Shown: positions 9,537 to 20,276, counted from the stretch's first letter. The stretch is DNA of 64,000 nt from Candidatus Kerfeldbacteria bacterium (GCA_047946875.1 CP181398.1:1064409-1128408), one strand, 5' to 3'. Notes: generated by a model from the sequence alone, not told the origin. Translations and numbers: made by a program.

Positions 9537-10507
9537 CTTAATAATATAAATATTTTATTCCGAACATAATTACCAATATCAAATAATTTCATCATTATTG
9601 GATTCAAAATTATTGTATATGTTTTTTGTAATCTTGTTTCTCCTCCCCATTTTCTTTTATAAAATTCCAATGACTCATTACCAATCGGCGACGACATAAA
9701 ATTAAACTTTTCAATATTATGTATTTTACACCAATCAATAGCACTATTTAATAATAAATCTGACGAACGGAATCGTTGTAATTCCTGAACATAAACACTA
9801 TGCAAATAATATGCTATTTTGTTTTGAATTAATAATACAACAAAACCAGCTGTTTTGTTATTATAAGTAGCTTTGATACATTGAATGTCTTTATTATTTT
9901 TAGATAATTCAATTAATTGTTCAAAATATTTGCTATTATATCTTTCATTCCCTTTATTTCTTTTGATAGTTTTTCGATATAACTCGTATATATTTACCCC
10001 GTCTTTTAACCCAATCGCATTATCAATTTCAACACCGTTCTTTTTAGATTTTCTAATGTCACTTCTTACTGCCTTTGGTAAATTTTCTTGTTTCCACTCC
10101 CATAATTTTTCAATACTTGTTTCATTTGTTAATTCTGACGGAAGATTAATTATTTGTTTATCCATAAATGACGAATTTGTAAAACGAATAGCATGAATTT
10201 TTAATGGTAATTTATTTTCTTGAAGACCATTTATTATCTTTATATCTATTGGTTTACCTTTTATAGTTCCTCCTGTAGGAAATCCTATATACCCAATATG
10301 AAATGGTCCAACACTAAAAACAGAGATTGTAAAGCCATCACTATTCACTTCATCCCATACATAGATTGTTTTAATATCAAAAGATTTCTGTAATAACGCC
10401 TGCCAATCAATATTATGAACAATGCTTTTGTTTAATTTACAACTAGAAATCCAATCATTGCTTGGTTCTAATAAATAAGTAAATCTTGCAGAATCTCCTT
10501 GTGTCAT
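9527..10507 (-). CDS. FemAB-like / BioF2-like GNAT-fold acyl- or aminoacyl-transferase
   Basis: ~326 aa with overall FemAB-family pattern (…KTAGFVVLLIQNKIAYYLHSVYVQE…EFYKRKWGGE). Assignment is by resemblance only. Confidence 0.4.
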   Translation of the reverse strand: MTQGDSARFTYLLEPSNDWISSCKLNKSIVHNIDWQALLQKSFDIKTIYVWDEVNSDGFTISVFSVGPFHIGYIGFPTGGTIKGKPIDIKIINGLQENKLPLKIHAIRFTNSSFMDKQIINLPSELTNETSIEKLWEWKQENLPKAVRSDIRKSKKNGVEIDNAIGLKDGVNIYELYRKTIKRNKGNERYNSKYFEQLIELSKNNKDIQCIKATYNNKTAGFVVLLIQNKIAYYLHSVYVQELQRFRSSDLLLNSAIDWCKIHNIEKFNFMSSPIGNESLEFYKRKWGGETRLQKTYTIILNPIMMKLFDIGNYVRNKIFILLRWK

Positions 10508-10518
10508 AATCCAATAAA

Positions 10519-11679
10519 TTATTTTTGAAATAAATTACATACCTCTTTTACTACCTGTATTACATCTTTTACATCTTTATTTGATAATTTTGCGGATAGT
10601 GGTAAAGATAAAGTTCTATCAGAAATCCACTCTGCATTTGGAAATGCTCCTCGCTTATATCCAAAAGTTTTTTTGTAATATGGATGAAGGTGAACGGCAA
10701 TAAAATGCACCCCTGTGCCAATATTTCTTTTATATAGTTCCTCCACAAATCTATCTCTATCAATAGATAGTTTATTTAACTCCAACATTATTGTATACAA
10801 ATGTCGCGCATGAATGGTTCTCTTTTCTGGATCGGCTGGTGTTATAATTGGCAAATTTTTGAATTCTTTATTGTATTTATTCCATACTTCTTTTCGTCTT
10901 TTTTGATATTTGTTAAATTTTTTTAACTGATGTATTCCTATCGCCGCTTGAATATCCATCATCGTATATTTATATCCGGGATTTACCACTTGATAATGTT
11001 TATATCCTTTATCTGAATATCTTTTCCATGCCCCCTTACTCATCCCATGCAGTGCATAAGTTTGTATTCTATTAATTATGTCTTTATCTTTGGATGCCAC
11101 CATTCCACCTTCTCCAGTTACTAAGTTTTTTGTCACATAAAAACTAAAAACCGTATAGTCTCCGATAGTACCTATCTTTTTACCTTTATATGATGCTCCA
11201 ATAGCATGTGCCGCATCTTCAATAACAACTAGTTTATGCCGCTTTGCAATTTTCATTATTTTATCCATATCGCATGGCCGTCCAGCCATATGTACGGGCA
11301 TTATTGCTTTAGTTTTTCTTGTAATTTTCTTTTCAATTTTACTAACATCAATATTCATAGTATCCCTCTTGACATCAATAAAAACGGGCTTTGCTCCAAC
11401 GTGTAAAATAGTATTAGCAGTTGCAGCAAAAGTCATTGGTGTTGTAATTATTTCATCATCTCTTTTAACCCCCGCCGTAATCAATGAAAGATGTAATCCG
11501 GCAGTACACGAATTTAAAGCTACTACATACCTAGCCCCAATAAATTTTTTAAAATTATTTTCAAACTTTGCTACTTTTGGTCCTGTTGAAATCCATCCAG
11601 AACGTAATGAATCAACGACTTCATTTATTTCATCTTGTCCTATCTTCGGACTGCCAAATATTAAAAAATCTTTTCTCAT
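10519..11679 (-). CDS. DegT/DnrJ/EryC1/StrS-family PLP-dependent sugar aminotransferase (ArnB/PglE-like)
   Basis: …VVALNSCTAGLHLSL…VIEDAAHAIGASYKGKKIGTIGDYTVFSFYVTKNL: Lys in SFYVTK is the PLP-binding position. Full-length family pattern. Confidence 0.9.
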   Translation of the reverse strand: MRKDFLIFGSPKIGQDEINEVVDSLRSGWISTGPKVAKFENNFKKFIGARYVVALNSCTAGLHLSLITAGVKRDDEIITTPMTFAATANTILHVGAKPVFIDVKRDTMNIDVSKIEKKITRKTKAIMPVHMAGRPCDMDKIMKIAKRHKLVVIEDAAHAIGASYKGKKIGTIGDYTVFSFYVTKNLVTGEGGMVASKDKDIINRIQTYALHGMSKGAWKRYSDKGYKHYQVVNPGYKYTMMDIQAAIGIHQLKKFNKYQKRRKEVWNKYNKEFKNLPIITPADPEKRTIHARHLYTIMLELNKLSIDRDRFVEELYKRNIGTGVHFIAVHLHPYYKKTFGYKRGAFPNAEWISDRTLSLPLSAKLSNKDVKDVIQVVKEVCNLFQK

Positions 11680-12827
11680 ATTTTATTATTTATTATTATA
11701 TTTATATCATTTACTAATTTGTTAGCTGCAGTTGGAATATCAAATTTTTGTGCCAATTTTATAGTATTTTCCTTATAAATTGAATATTTGTCTTTTTCTA
11801 AATATGATTTTTGCAACGCATTTGATAAATCACTAACACTATTTGATTTAGTAACAATACCAGCATTATATTCTTTTACCAAATCTCCCATATCCCCAAC
11901 ATCAGTCACAATTAGAGGTGTGTTTTTTTGAACAGCATCAGACATAACTACCGGTATGCTTTCATTAATAGAGGGAATAATTACCCAATCACAATTTTCC
12001 AGATATGTTGCGGCATCTTCTGCCGACGCATAACCTTTAAAAGATATATATTTTTCAAGCTCTAACTCTTTTATTAATTTTATTATATATTGCTCCATTG
12101 TACCAACGCCAAAGATATAAAAATGAACCTTTATATCTTTTGTTGAAGTTATAAATTCAGAAATAGCTTTTATCAAAATATCTACCCCCTTCACTTTTTC
12201 CAGTCTACCAACAAAGGTATAATTTGTTTTATCAGGATTTAATAATATTGAATCATTCTTTTTTGGGAGAACACGACTTGTCGGTAAAAAATCACATTTT
12301 ATTTTTGCTAATTGCTCCACATCCTTTAATAACTGAATCCCATCAGCATAAACTACATCTGCTTTCTGTAATATTTTTTTTGTAATCCCTTTAATAATTG
12401 GGATATTTGAATATATCCAAATATCCGAGCCAAGACACCATACACCATAAGGAATTCCTAACTTTTTTTTCACGATACTTGCAAATTTACCACTTGGAGT
12501 AGCCCAAAGCGCTAAACAAAAATCGATATTATTTTCCTGTACATAATTTAGAATTTCTTTCTTACCACTCCACATTAAACTCACTACTTTAAATAAATCA
12601 AACGGGTTAAAAAAATTATATTTTACCAATGGTTTGCTACCACCCCACCATTCATACCATCGTACATTAATATTTTCATAATCGCTCTTTATCCCTACTC
12701 TATTTGGCGTAAATACAAAAACCTCATGACCCATTTCAATTAATGAAAGCGAATAATAATATGCAAAAGCGGCAACGTAGTCCGACTTATTAATTGGGAA
12801 ACCGTTTGTAATTAAACAAATTCTCAT
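11676..12827 (-). CDS. Glycosyltransferase family 4 (GT-B, Glycos_transf_1)
   Basis: N-terminal MRICLITNGFP…; C-terminal ESIPVVMSDAVQKNTPLIVTDVGDMGDLV retaining motif. Confidence 0.85.
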   Translation of the reverse strand: MRICLITNGFPINKSDYVAAFAYYYSLSLIEMGHEVFVFTPNRVGIKSDYENINVRWYEWWGGSKPLVKYNFFNPFDLFKVVSLMWSGKKEILNYVQENNIDFCLALWATPSGKFASIVKKKLGIPYGVWCLGSDIWIYSNIPIIKGITKKILQKADVVYADGIQLLKDVEQLAKIKCDFLPTSRVLPKKNDSILLNPDKTNYTFVGRLEKVKGVDILIKAISEFITSTKDIKVHFYIFGVGTMEQYIIKLIKELELEKYISFKGYASAEDAATYLENCDWVIIPSINESIPVVMSDAVQKNTPLIVTDVGDMGDLVKEYNAGIVTKSNSVSDLSNALQKSYLEKDKYSIYKENTIKLAQKFDIPTAANKLVNDINIIINNKI

Positions 12828-12850
12828 CTTAATGTTATTTTTCTAAATTA

Positions 12851-13594
12851 TTATTTTTTTCCTACAACAATATATCCTAATGCAAATAGTTTATCTCGAT
12901 CGAATATTTTATCAAGATAATATGCTGGCAAAACAAACAACCATTTGTTAATAAATAGTATTATTTTTTTTAAATATTGTATATGCCATAAAGGTAATAT
13001 TATAATACTCGAAATTTGATGTCCTATAAAACTAAATAACCCTCCCGTTGATTCTAGTAATAATATTTCAAAACCCTCTTTTTCAAGAAGATATTTTAGT
13101 CCATACTGAGTAAAGCGATAATAATCATTTGGTACTTCGTGAAGACGACTCAAATGTGGAACGCTTATTATTATTTTTCCTCCATTTTTTAGTACCCTGC
13201 ACATTTCTGAAATTGCTTTTCGTGGTTCTTTTACATGTTCTAAAACATCAAAATTTAATACTGTATCATATTTATTATCTGGAACTTTTTCCATATTTTG
13301 AATATCCCCTAAATACGTAACTTTTACATCCCTCTCTTCGACATCAAATGTATCATATTGACTTATATTATTTTTAACAATATCTAAATATGGTGCATCA
13401 CCACATCCAACATCAATAACTACTCCCTTCGCATACTTATTAAGAACTGGTACTAATTTTTTATATTGTGATAAAAGAGAAGGAGAAAAATATTTTCTCT
13501 TCTCTATTCCTTTCAATTCTTTGTTAACTAAACGTCTATTTTTTTTAAGTAATTCTTTCATACTAATCCTTCTTCCTTTTCTCTTTCGATTCAT
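12851..13594 (-). CDS. Class I SAM-dependent methyltransferase
   Basis: VIDVGCGDAPY motif I; LNFDVLEHVKEPRKAISEMCRVLKNGGKIIIS. The start may be the internal MKELL (about 13561), which would avoid the overlap. Confidence 0.8.
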   Translation of the reverse strand: MNRKRKGRRISMKELLKKNRRLVNKELKGIEKRKYFSPSLLSQYKKLVPVLNKYAKGVVIDVGCGDAPYLDIVKNNISQYDTFDVEERDVKVTYLGDIQNMEKVPDNKYDTVLNFDVLEHVKEPRKAISEMCRVLKNGGKIIISVPHLSRLHEVPNDYYRFTQYGLKYLLEKEGFEILLLESTGGLFSFIGHQISSIIILPLWHIQYLKKIILFINKWLFVLPAYYLDKIFDRDKLFALGYIVVGKK

Positions 13595-14531
13595 TTTTTT
13601 TCCAAAAATACAACAACCTTTCCTGAGTCAACCTTACTTTATTTATCATATCCGCCAATAGTCCAACTATTAATAACATTAAACCAAAAACATTTAAAAA
13701 CAATCCAACAAAACCTATTGTTTTATATGGAGTTACTAAACCTGTGATCAAAAACCGACCACCAATAAATATATCTAAAATTAATCCTGCTACGAATAAT
13801 AATATTCCGCCCCAGCCAAAAAATTTTAATGGTTTATAATCCAAGGCTGTTCGAAAAATTGTATTAAAGATATTATAGCCATATTTCCATAGACTACTAG
13901 CCATTTTTGAATTGCCAAATTCTCTTTCTCCTCTTACTTCTATAGGCACCTCATGAATAATTAAATCTTTAAATGATAAATTTAAAAACGTTTCGTGTGT
14001 ATAGGTAAACTTACTAAAAAGATTTAAATTTAGTAAAGCTTCTTTAGAATATGCTCTAAATCCACAAGATACATCATAATATTTTTTTCCCGAAATATAA
14101 CTTATCAAATGTGCCACCATCTTATTTCCCCATTTTTTCATGCCTGGCATTTTTGGTATTAATTCTTTATCAATAAATCTAGAAGCAGTTACAAAACTTG
14201 CCTCTTCATTTATTATTGGCATTATCAATTTAACAATATCATGTGGATTAAACTGTCCATCAGCATCTATATTAACCATAATATCGTAATCCCCCTTAAT
14301 AGCCTCTTCAACCCCTTTCTGAAAAATAAAACCCAATCCCATATTATGTTTTAAGCTTATTACTCTTGCTCCAGCCTGTATAGCATAACTCGCAGTATTA
14401 TCTGATGAACCATCATTTAATACTAAAACATCAACCACTGATATATGGTCAATTTTATTTGGAATTTTTTCAATTACCACTTTTATTGATTTTTCCTCAT
14501 TTAATGCTGGTAAAGTTACTAATAGTTTCAT
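13563..14531 (-). CDS. GT2 polyprenyl-phosphate sugar synthase (DPM1/ArnC/GtrB-like) with C-terminal TM anchor
   Basis: LNDGSSDNT and NIDADGQ (DXD) motifs. Two C-terminal hydrophobic helices, as in GtrB/ArnC. Confidence 0.85.
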   Translation of the reverse strand: MKLLVTLPALNEEKSIKVVIEKIPNKIDHISVVDVLVLNDGSSDNTASYAIQAGARVISLKHNMGLGFIFQKGVEEAIKGDYDIMVNIDADGQFNPHDIVKLIMPIINEEASFVTASRFIDKELIPKMPGMKKWGNKMVAHLISYISGKKYYDVSCGFRAYSKEALLNLNLFSKFTYTHETFLNLSFKDLIIHEVPIEVRGEREFGNSKMASSLWKYGYNIFNTIFRTALDYKPLKFFGWGGILLFVAGLILDIFIGGRFLITGLVTPYKTIGFVGLFLNVFGLMLLIVGLLADMINKVRLTQERLLYFWKKNESKEKRKKD

Positions 14532-14550
14532 AAACCAATCAAATCTATTG

Positions 14551-16164
14551 TTATTTATGTAATATATATATCGAATAATTCTCTCCCCCTATTATATCAT
14601 TAAATTGCTCTTTTTTTATATTATCATCAAGATTGTCTATCTTTTGATTTAACTCATGATAATAACGTTCATAATTACCAAGAAATAAAATATCAATTTT
14701 CTTAAGCTTCATAAAATCAAATAATTGATTAATCTCGACGACAAAGGGTACTACATAATGTTCAGCATTTGCGTAATAAGTAATCAAATTATTTGATGAC
14801 ATAATTTTCAGATCACCCCCATAATTATCCTGAATTTGTTGTCCAAATTTTTGGTAATCACTAATCTCTTGTTTCTCCCAAACTAGTATTATCCCTGTTA
14901 TTTGATTATAAAAAGTAGGTAATATCATAAAATTATAAGAGAAAACCGAAAAAATAGCAATTATTATTACTACATACTTCAAATTAATCTTTAAGGGATT
15001 ATAAATTTTATCATTTACATACAAACTAACACTATATATACCCCAAGAAGCTAAAATAATTAACACCGGATATATTGGTAAATAATATCTAATAGGTGGT
15101 TTGGCAAAATAATATAAAAGTAAATATATTGGAACCGCCATTACTAAAAATACTGAAGGTAATAATTTATTAGCCTTTTTACTTCTAAACAATCCTATTA
15201 TAATATATACCAAAACTATAAATAATATTTCCGTTGCGTATTTCAAGTTATAACTAAAGTTTGTAAAAAATAGCTTTACATATACTACCAAACTATCAAA
15301 ATAATTTGACTTGCTTTCACCATTTGATAATTCGTTATTAATTAGATAATCTGTTTCATCTTCATTTAGAGATTGATAAATAATACGCTTTTCATATACC
15401 AAGTCCTCGGCCTCATAATCATATTTATCCATTCCTCTAGAACTATAAGCTTGTTGACCAGTAAAAATTATTAATCCGGTTTGTGAATATAGATATGACA
15501 CATACGGGAACACAATTAATAATACTCCAACGAATATTAATGCAATCCTAATAAAATAATATTTAATTTTTTTTGTTTTTATCATTTCAAATAGCAACCA
15601 TAAAAAAAATAAAAACATAAGTGACAAACCAACTAATCTGATTGAATACGCTAAGCCTATTAACCCACCAATTAAAATAAACCAATACCATTGCCATTTA
15701 TGTTTTATTACCAACCAAAATAATAACAATATTCCAATCAACAAACAGGCAAATAAAGACTCTGTTAAAACTTTGTGTGAAAAAATTATTGCCAATGGAT
15801 CTATTGCAAGTATTATACCTGCGATCATACCTACCTTATGCCCAAACATTTCTCTACTTAATAAATATGAAAATAAAACGATGAGTACACCACTAATTAA
15901 TGAGATCATTTGACCTGTCGTAACTGGATTGTGAACTAAAAAATTAAAAAAAGATATTACTATTGAGTACCCAGGCTGTATTAAATTAGCCATGTTGAAA
16001 GATTCATTTAATGCCAACTCCCCAAAACTAATTTTTTCAGCCAATTTTAAATATAATACAGAATCAGGACTTAAAGGAATATCCGTCACAAAAATAATTC
16101 GGATAGCCAAAGAAAATAATATTAGTCCAATGACCATTAAATTTTCTTTATTTATTTTTATCAT
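14551..16164 (-). CDS. GT-C membrane glycosyltransferase, GT39/GT83-like (PMT/ArnT family)
   Basis: Polytopic. The first loop has SPDSVLYLKLAEK and the N-terminal organisation is PMT_2-like (…GYSIVISFFNF…AIDPLAIIFSHKVLTES). Confidence 0.65.
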   Translation of the reverse strand: MIKINKENLMVIGLILFSLAIRIIFVTDIPLSPDSVLYLKLAEKISFGELALNESFNMANLIQPGYSIVISFFNFLVHNPVTTGQMISLISGVLIVLFSYLLSREMFGHKVGMIAGIILAIDPLAIIFSHKVLTESLFACLLIGILLLFWLVIKHKWQWYWFILIGGLIGLAYSIRLVGLSLMFLFFLWLLFEMIKTKKIKYYFIRIALIFVGVLLIVFPYVSYLYSQTGLIIFTGQQAYSSRGMDKYDYEAEDLVYEKRIIYQSLNEDETDYLINNELSNGESKSNYFDSLVVYVKLFFTNFSYNLKYATEILFIVLVYIIIGLFRSKKANKLLPSVFLVMAVPIYLLLYYFAKPPIRYYLPIYPVLIILASWGIYSVSLYVNDKIYNPLKINLKYVVIIIAIFSVFSYNFMILPTFYNQITGIILVWEKQEISDYQKFGQQIQDNYGGDLKIMSSNNLITYYANAEHYVVPFVVEINQLFDFMKLKKIDILFLGNYERYYHELNQKIDNLDDNIKKEQFNDIIGGENYSIYILHK

Positions 16165-17408
16165 ACTATAGCAACCTTTTCGATTTCTTTTATTTGATTA
16201 TTATTTTGTCTTATTCTTTTTACCAAAATAAATAGTAGCCAGACAAACACCAAACTGCGAACAAATACAACTATATCAAATACATAGTGATCGTAACCAA
16301 AATATCCATATACCAATGGAAAGAACATGAAGTTTAATAAATCATAAACTACTAAGATTATTATTTCTTTTTTGCCAATATTTATTAAGATAAATAACGG
16401 TAAAACCCATATAAACCATTGTGGTGAATAATATGGAGATAGTTGGATATACAACAGCAATACCAATAAAGACCAATTAATAACGTCTGTCTTGGTCTGA
16501 ATAAACTCTTTAAACTTTGTATAACCTGCATATATGATTAATGGCAAGGCTAATTGCATTAAACCAAGTATCTTGGAACCAATCGCCATATACCATTTCC
16601 AAAAACCAATTGAGAAATAATCCCAATTTGCAGAGATAAAAATTGCATAAATTGATCCGTAACCAAAACTCCTACCTGATTGAAAAATATATGGAAATAA
16701 TGCATTCTCAATCCCCGCCCAAATCATTAATATTAATAATACACCAGCTGTTGGCAACACCATTAAATACAACGGCTTGTTTTTGAATACATTGATTATT
16801 TTAATATCCTTCTTAACCAAATAATAAATTAAAAAAACTGGGAATAATACTATGGCATACCCCTTAGCTAAAAATGATAAACCTAATATTACGAAGGCCC
16901 AAGTAAATTTATCTTTTAATAAAAATAATATTGCTAATTGTATTAGCACGGCCGGAAAAATATCAAATCTATTAATTACAAAATATATAAACGAAGGTAG
17001 CATAAACAGCCACAACAAACTACTACTGCGGCCAAGTATTTTTATTAAACGATATGTTAAAAAAATTAGTAGTAATGTAAAAAATAAATTTTGAATAATT
17101 AAAGCATTTTGATACTCTTCTAACGTATCAGCAAAAAAAGCTGGAATTGTTAAATACAACATACCAAGCGCCGGGTATTCTGCTCGAGTATATTCATAGG
17201 GAGTTCCATTATTATAAAAGAAACTAACCCGATCAAAATATACTCCCATCTCATGATCATCCCAAACAAGACTTATTCCGCCCCCCCTAGCTTCCGTAAC
17301 AAATTTAGCCGGTGAGTTCACCATTAACACAAAAACCAAAATAAATAATAATATGAACCCCAAAAAAATTACTAATATCCTATTTTTATTTTCTAAAACT
17401 TTCTCCAT
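16161..17408 (-). CDS. Polytopic membrane protein, DUF2029/GT87-like mannosyltransferase candidate
   Basis: About 10 TM helices. AEYPALGMLYL resembles the fpYpPl motif of DUF2029. Low specificity. Confidence 0.4.
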   Translation of the reverse strand: MEKVLENKNRILVIFLGFILLFILVFVLMVNSPAKFVTEARGGGISLVWDDHEMGVYFDRVSFFYNNGTPYEYTRAEYPALGMLYLTIPAFFADTLEEYQNALIIQNLFFTLLLIFLTYRLIKILGRSSSLLWLFMLPSFIYFVINRFDIFPAVLIQLAILFLLKDKFTWAFVILGLSFLAKGYAIVLFPVFLIYYLVKKDIKIINVFKNKPLYLMVLPTAGVLLILMIWAGIENALFPYIFQSGRSFGYGSIYAIFISANWDYFSIGFWKWYMAIGSKILGLMQLALPLIIYAGYTKFKEFIQTKTDVINWSLLVLLLYIQLSPYYSPQWFIWVLPLFILINIGKKEIIILVVYDLLNFMFFPLVYGYFGYDHYVFDIVVFVRSLVFVWLLFILVKRIRQNNNQIKEIEKVAIV

Positions 17409-17416
17409 AATTATAT

Positions 17417-18997
17417 TTATAAAACTTTATAAATAGACGCCTCATCATCCATATAAACTCGTAAAAACTTATTATACTTTTGGATATTTTGTTCCATCGC
17501 CGTATGATTACTCTCAATAAATATATAATCCGCACCAAAAATATCTTTAATATCTGAATATATATTTTCTTTTTGAACTCCTGTAGTAATCTCTACCATT
17601 TTATGATAAGCCTCTTCATTATACTCATATGTGAAGGTGGGGTCCAAACCAGCAATATAATAATTATATGAATTGTAATAAAACAATATTGGGAATTCAT
17701 CCCAACTTGAATGAAACACAATTTCTCCTGGCTGACTATTTTCCTGCAACCATAATGAAACATTCTTAAATCTATTGATGCTTATTCCACTTTTAAAATC
17801 GTTATGAGTTTGACGGACGTCTTTTACTACTAACATTGGAATAATTATTACAAAATACAAAGCTAAAATAACAAAAATAACCCAATATTTTCTAATAAAA
17901 GATTCAAATTGTCTCCATATATGTAACCATGATATTCTAGCCACAAATTCATTAATAGTAAAAGCGCTAAAAATAATAGTAAATGGAATATAATATTCTA
18001 CATAACGTCTTGACTTTAAAGTAAAAATAAAAAATAATAGATAGATTAAAAACAAGGCTATAGTTTTTTTATTTAGTCTTTTGAATTTATAAACAAACAA
18101 TATAAGTGCAACAACTAAAATAATAGTCATTAAAGCGGTCCCAGAAGTTAAATTAAAAAAATTATAAGGATACCATTCATTACCTACTGGTATTACTGCC
18201 TGCTGATTAATAATCCCTATCTTTACCAGCTGATGCCAATAAAAAACTATATTTTGTGGAAAATATGGATTTATCACTAAACCGGCCAGAATGCCCCCTA
18301 AAGACGCAAAAAACAGCCTTAATTCACGATTGTGCCCTATTACAAAGCCTAAACTACGCTTTTTAGCTCTGAAAAATAAATCTTTAAATATCCCCGCTGC
18401 AGCATAGGCTCCAGCAAATAATAATATCAAAATAAACCCTCCATAAGACCAAACATAAATAAAAGATAAAATAAATAGTGCTAAATACTTATATCTAAAC
18501 AAAAAATATAACCCAATTATTAAAATCAATATTGAAAATACTGGTGCTTTAATCAGATTAATTCTAAAGATAAATGGAGTTGTTATCAATAACAATATTG
18601 TAAACCAAAAGGCAAATTTTACTTTGAACTTACGAAGTAATCCATAAAATAAAAGTACTAACCCAACCGATAATAAAATATTTGCCAATTTTACTCCCAT
18701 GAGTGGATCCATTATTTTTGTAAATGGTATCAAAAATACATGATACAAAAAATGTTGATCAATATATGAATCTTTTAAAATTGTTGTTTGCAACCAGGGA
18801 AATTCTGTAGAAAAACCATGCTCAGGAATTAACATTGCTGCTTTTGCATGATAAAAAGAATCCGGATCAGCTAAAGTTGGAGTTGATTGTAAAAAAATGA
18901 AATATGAAAAACTTATCACTAATAATACGATATATGCGATAATCCACCAATTATTTCTAAAAAAATATGCAACTGTATTTAACTGCTTCATGCTCAT
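17417..18997 (-). CDS. GT-C-like polytopic membrane glycosyltransferase candidate (paralog of 14551..16164 first-loop region)
   Basis: The first extracytoplasmic loop has ADPDSFYHAKAAML, similar to SPDSVLYLKLAEK in the GT39-like gene and to the PMT DEvHf acidic motif. More than 10 TM helices and a C-terminal soluble domain. Confidence 0.45.
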   Translation of the reverse strand: MSMKQLNTVAYFFRNNWWIIAYIVLLVISFSYFIFLQSTPTLADPDSFYHAKAAMLIPEHGFSTEFPWLQTTILKDSYIDQHFLYHVFLIPFTKIMDPLMGVKLANILLSVGLVLLFYGLLRKFKVKFAFWFTILLLITTPFIFRINLIKAPVFSILILIIGLYFLFRYKYLALFILSFIYVWSYGGFILILLFAGAYAAAGIFKDLFFRAKKRSLGFVIGHNRELRLFFASLGGILAGLVINPYFPQNIVFYWHQLVKIGIINQQAVIPVGNEWYPYNFFNLTSGTALMTIILVVALILFVYKFKRLNKKTIALFLIYLLFFIFTLKSRRYVEYYIPFTIIFSAFTINEFVARISWLHIWRQFESFIRKYWVIFVILALYFVIIIPMLVVKDVRQTHNDFKSGISINRFKNVSLWLQENSQPGEIVFHSSWDEFPILFYYNSYNYYIAGLDPTFTYEYNEEAYHKMVEITTGVQKENIYSDIKDIFGADYIFIESNHTAMEQNIQKYNKFLRVYMDDEASIYKVL

Positions 18998-19023
18998 ATT
19001 ATAACATCGTTAGCCAAAAAAAA

Positions 19024-19060
19024 TTAGTCTTCACCAAGCATGGGAGTGAAGACTAATAAT
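19024..19060 (-). terminator. Rho-independent terminator (minus strand) after the SIS gene
   Basis: Perfect 11-bp stem TTAGTCTTCAC/GTGAAGACTAA. On the minus strand it is followed by an 8-T run (the A8 at 19016-19023). Confidence 0.75.
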
Positions 19061-19084
19061 AAAGCTATTATAAACTATTTTAAT

Positions 19085-20155
19085 TTATTTAGCTAGTTGT
19101 TGTTTAAAAAAATCTACCACCGGTATTGGGGATGGATCAATATTATTCAACATAGACATATAAAAATTAACATAACTACCAAACAACAGAGCTTCGAACG
19201 ACTGAGATAGCTTGTCTTTACTACTAACCATATAACCAATATATGGAATTTTACTTTTATCAAGAACTTTCTTGGTGATTGCTACTCTGATAGTAATTTT
19301 TGCTGGATATAGCTTTGATTCCAAAAAAGTAAACACTAAATTACTTTTATTGGTCTTTGGGAAAATTAAACCCTCCATTAAATGGTGGTTCAATTCTGAT
19401 ATTAAAAAATATGCTGAGAAAGTCTTACTATTTTCATTAATCTGATTTGTCATTATATGAACATTCCCCGCTAAATGTTCTGCAGCAATGTTAATTGGCA
19501 ATCGACCATAGAGCTTTATGGCCATTTGCTTTGCTTTATTCTTTTTTGATGGAACCTTCAAGCCAAACTTATTGTGTAGTTTAACAATTAAATTAATTAC
19601 TTTTTTAAAATCATTATCAGTTACTTTTAGCATCCCGCAATTCTTCAATAAAGCAATTTGGCCAACGATAGAATAACCCAATCCCATTCTTGGTTGATTT
19701 GAAGGATTAAATTTAGGATCAAAAATATAAGCTGGAATTTTATATTTTTTTGCTGCCTTAGATAATTTACCACCAGCACAAATAATTAATAATTTTGCTT
19801 TACGTTTTTTAGCTATTGGTAAAGTTGCTAATATTTCTTCCGTAGTACCTGAATAGCTAGATAATATATATAAAGTATTTTTATCAACTGACCCCGGAAC
19901 AAAATAACTATTTGTCACCCTAAATGGAACTTTTAGATCATTACTATACAAAGACTCTATTACATGTCCACCAAGAGCCGATCCACCCATCCCACTAATA
20001 ACTATATTTTTACAAGATTTATAACTATTTGGAATTTTAATTTTATTTGCCTCTTCCCAAGCTTGTTGGCACTGCAATCCAAGAGATTCTATCGATCCAG
20101 CCATACCCTGTTTATCTAACTTAATAATATTTTTTAAATTATCAAGACTACTCAT
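19085..20155 (-). CDS. SIS-domain bifunctional phosphoglucose/phosphomannose isomerase-like protein
   Basis: ISGMGGSALGG and SYSGTTEE motifs, typical of the PGI/PMI SIS family. Confidence 0.65.
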   Translation of the reverse strand: MSSLDNLKNIIKLDKQGMAGSIESLGLQCQQAWEEANKIKIPNSYKSCKNIVISGMGGSALGGHVIESLYSNDLKVPFRVTNSYFVPGSVDKNTLYILSSYSGTTEEILATLPIAKKRKAKLLIICAGGKLSKAAKKYKIPAYIFDPKFNPSNQPRMGLGYSIVGQIALLKNCGMLKVTDNDFKKVINLIVKLHNKFGLKVPSKKNKAKQMAIKLYGRLPINIAAEHLAGNVHIMTNQINENSKTFSAYFLISELNHHLMEGLIFPKTNKSNLVFTFLESKLYPAKITIRVAITKKVLDKSKIPYIGYMVSSKDKLSQSFEALLFGSYVNFYMSMLNNIDPSPIPVVDFFKQQLAK

Positions 20156-20276
20156 AAATTATTCATTTAATTATTAATTAATAGACTAATTATAGTTTAA
20201 TTAAAGGTATATAACAAATTGATTTTTACCCTAAAATATGGTATATTCAACGATATTAAAGTAATAATTTCCAAAT

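Noticed and set aside
20219-20247. TTGATT-17-TATATT promoter-like element upstream of yebC
   Set aside because: It is plausible, but AT-rich spacers generate many such matches. I did not list it as a feature.
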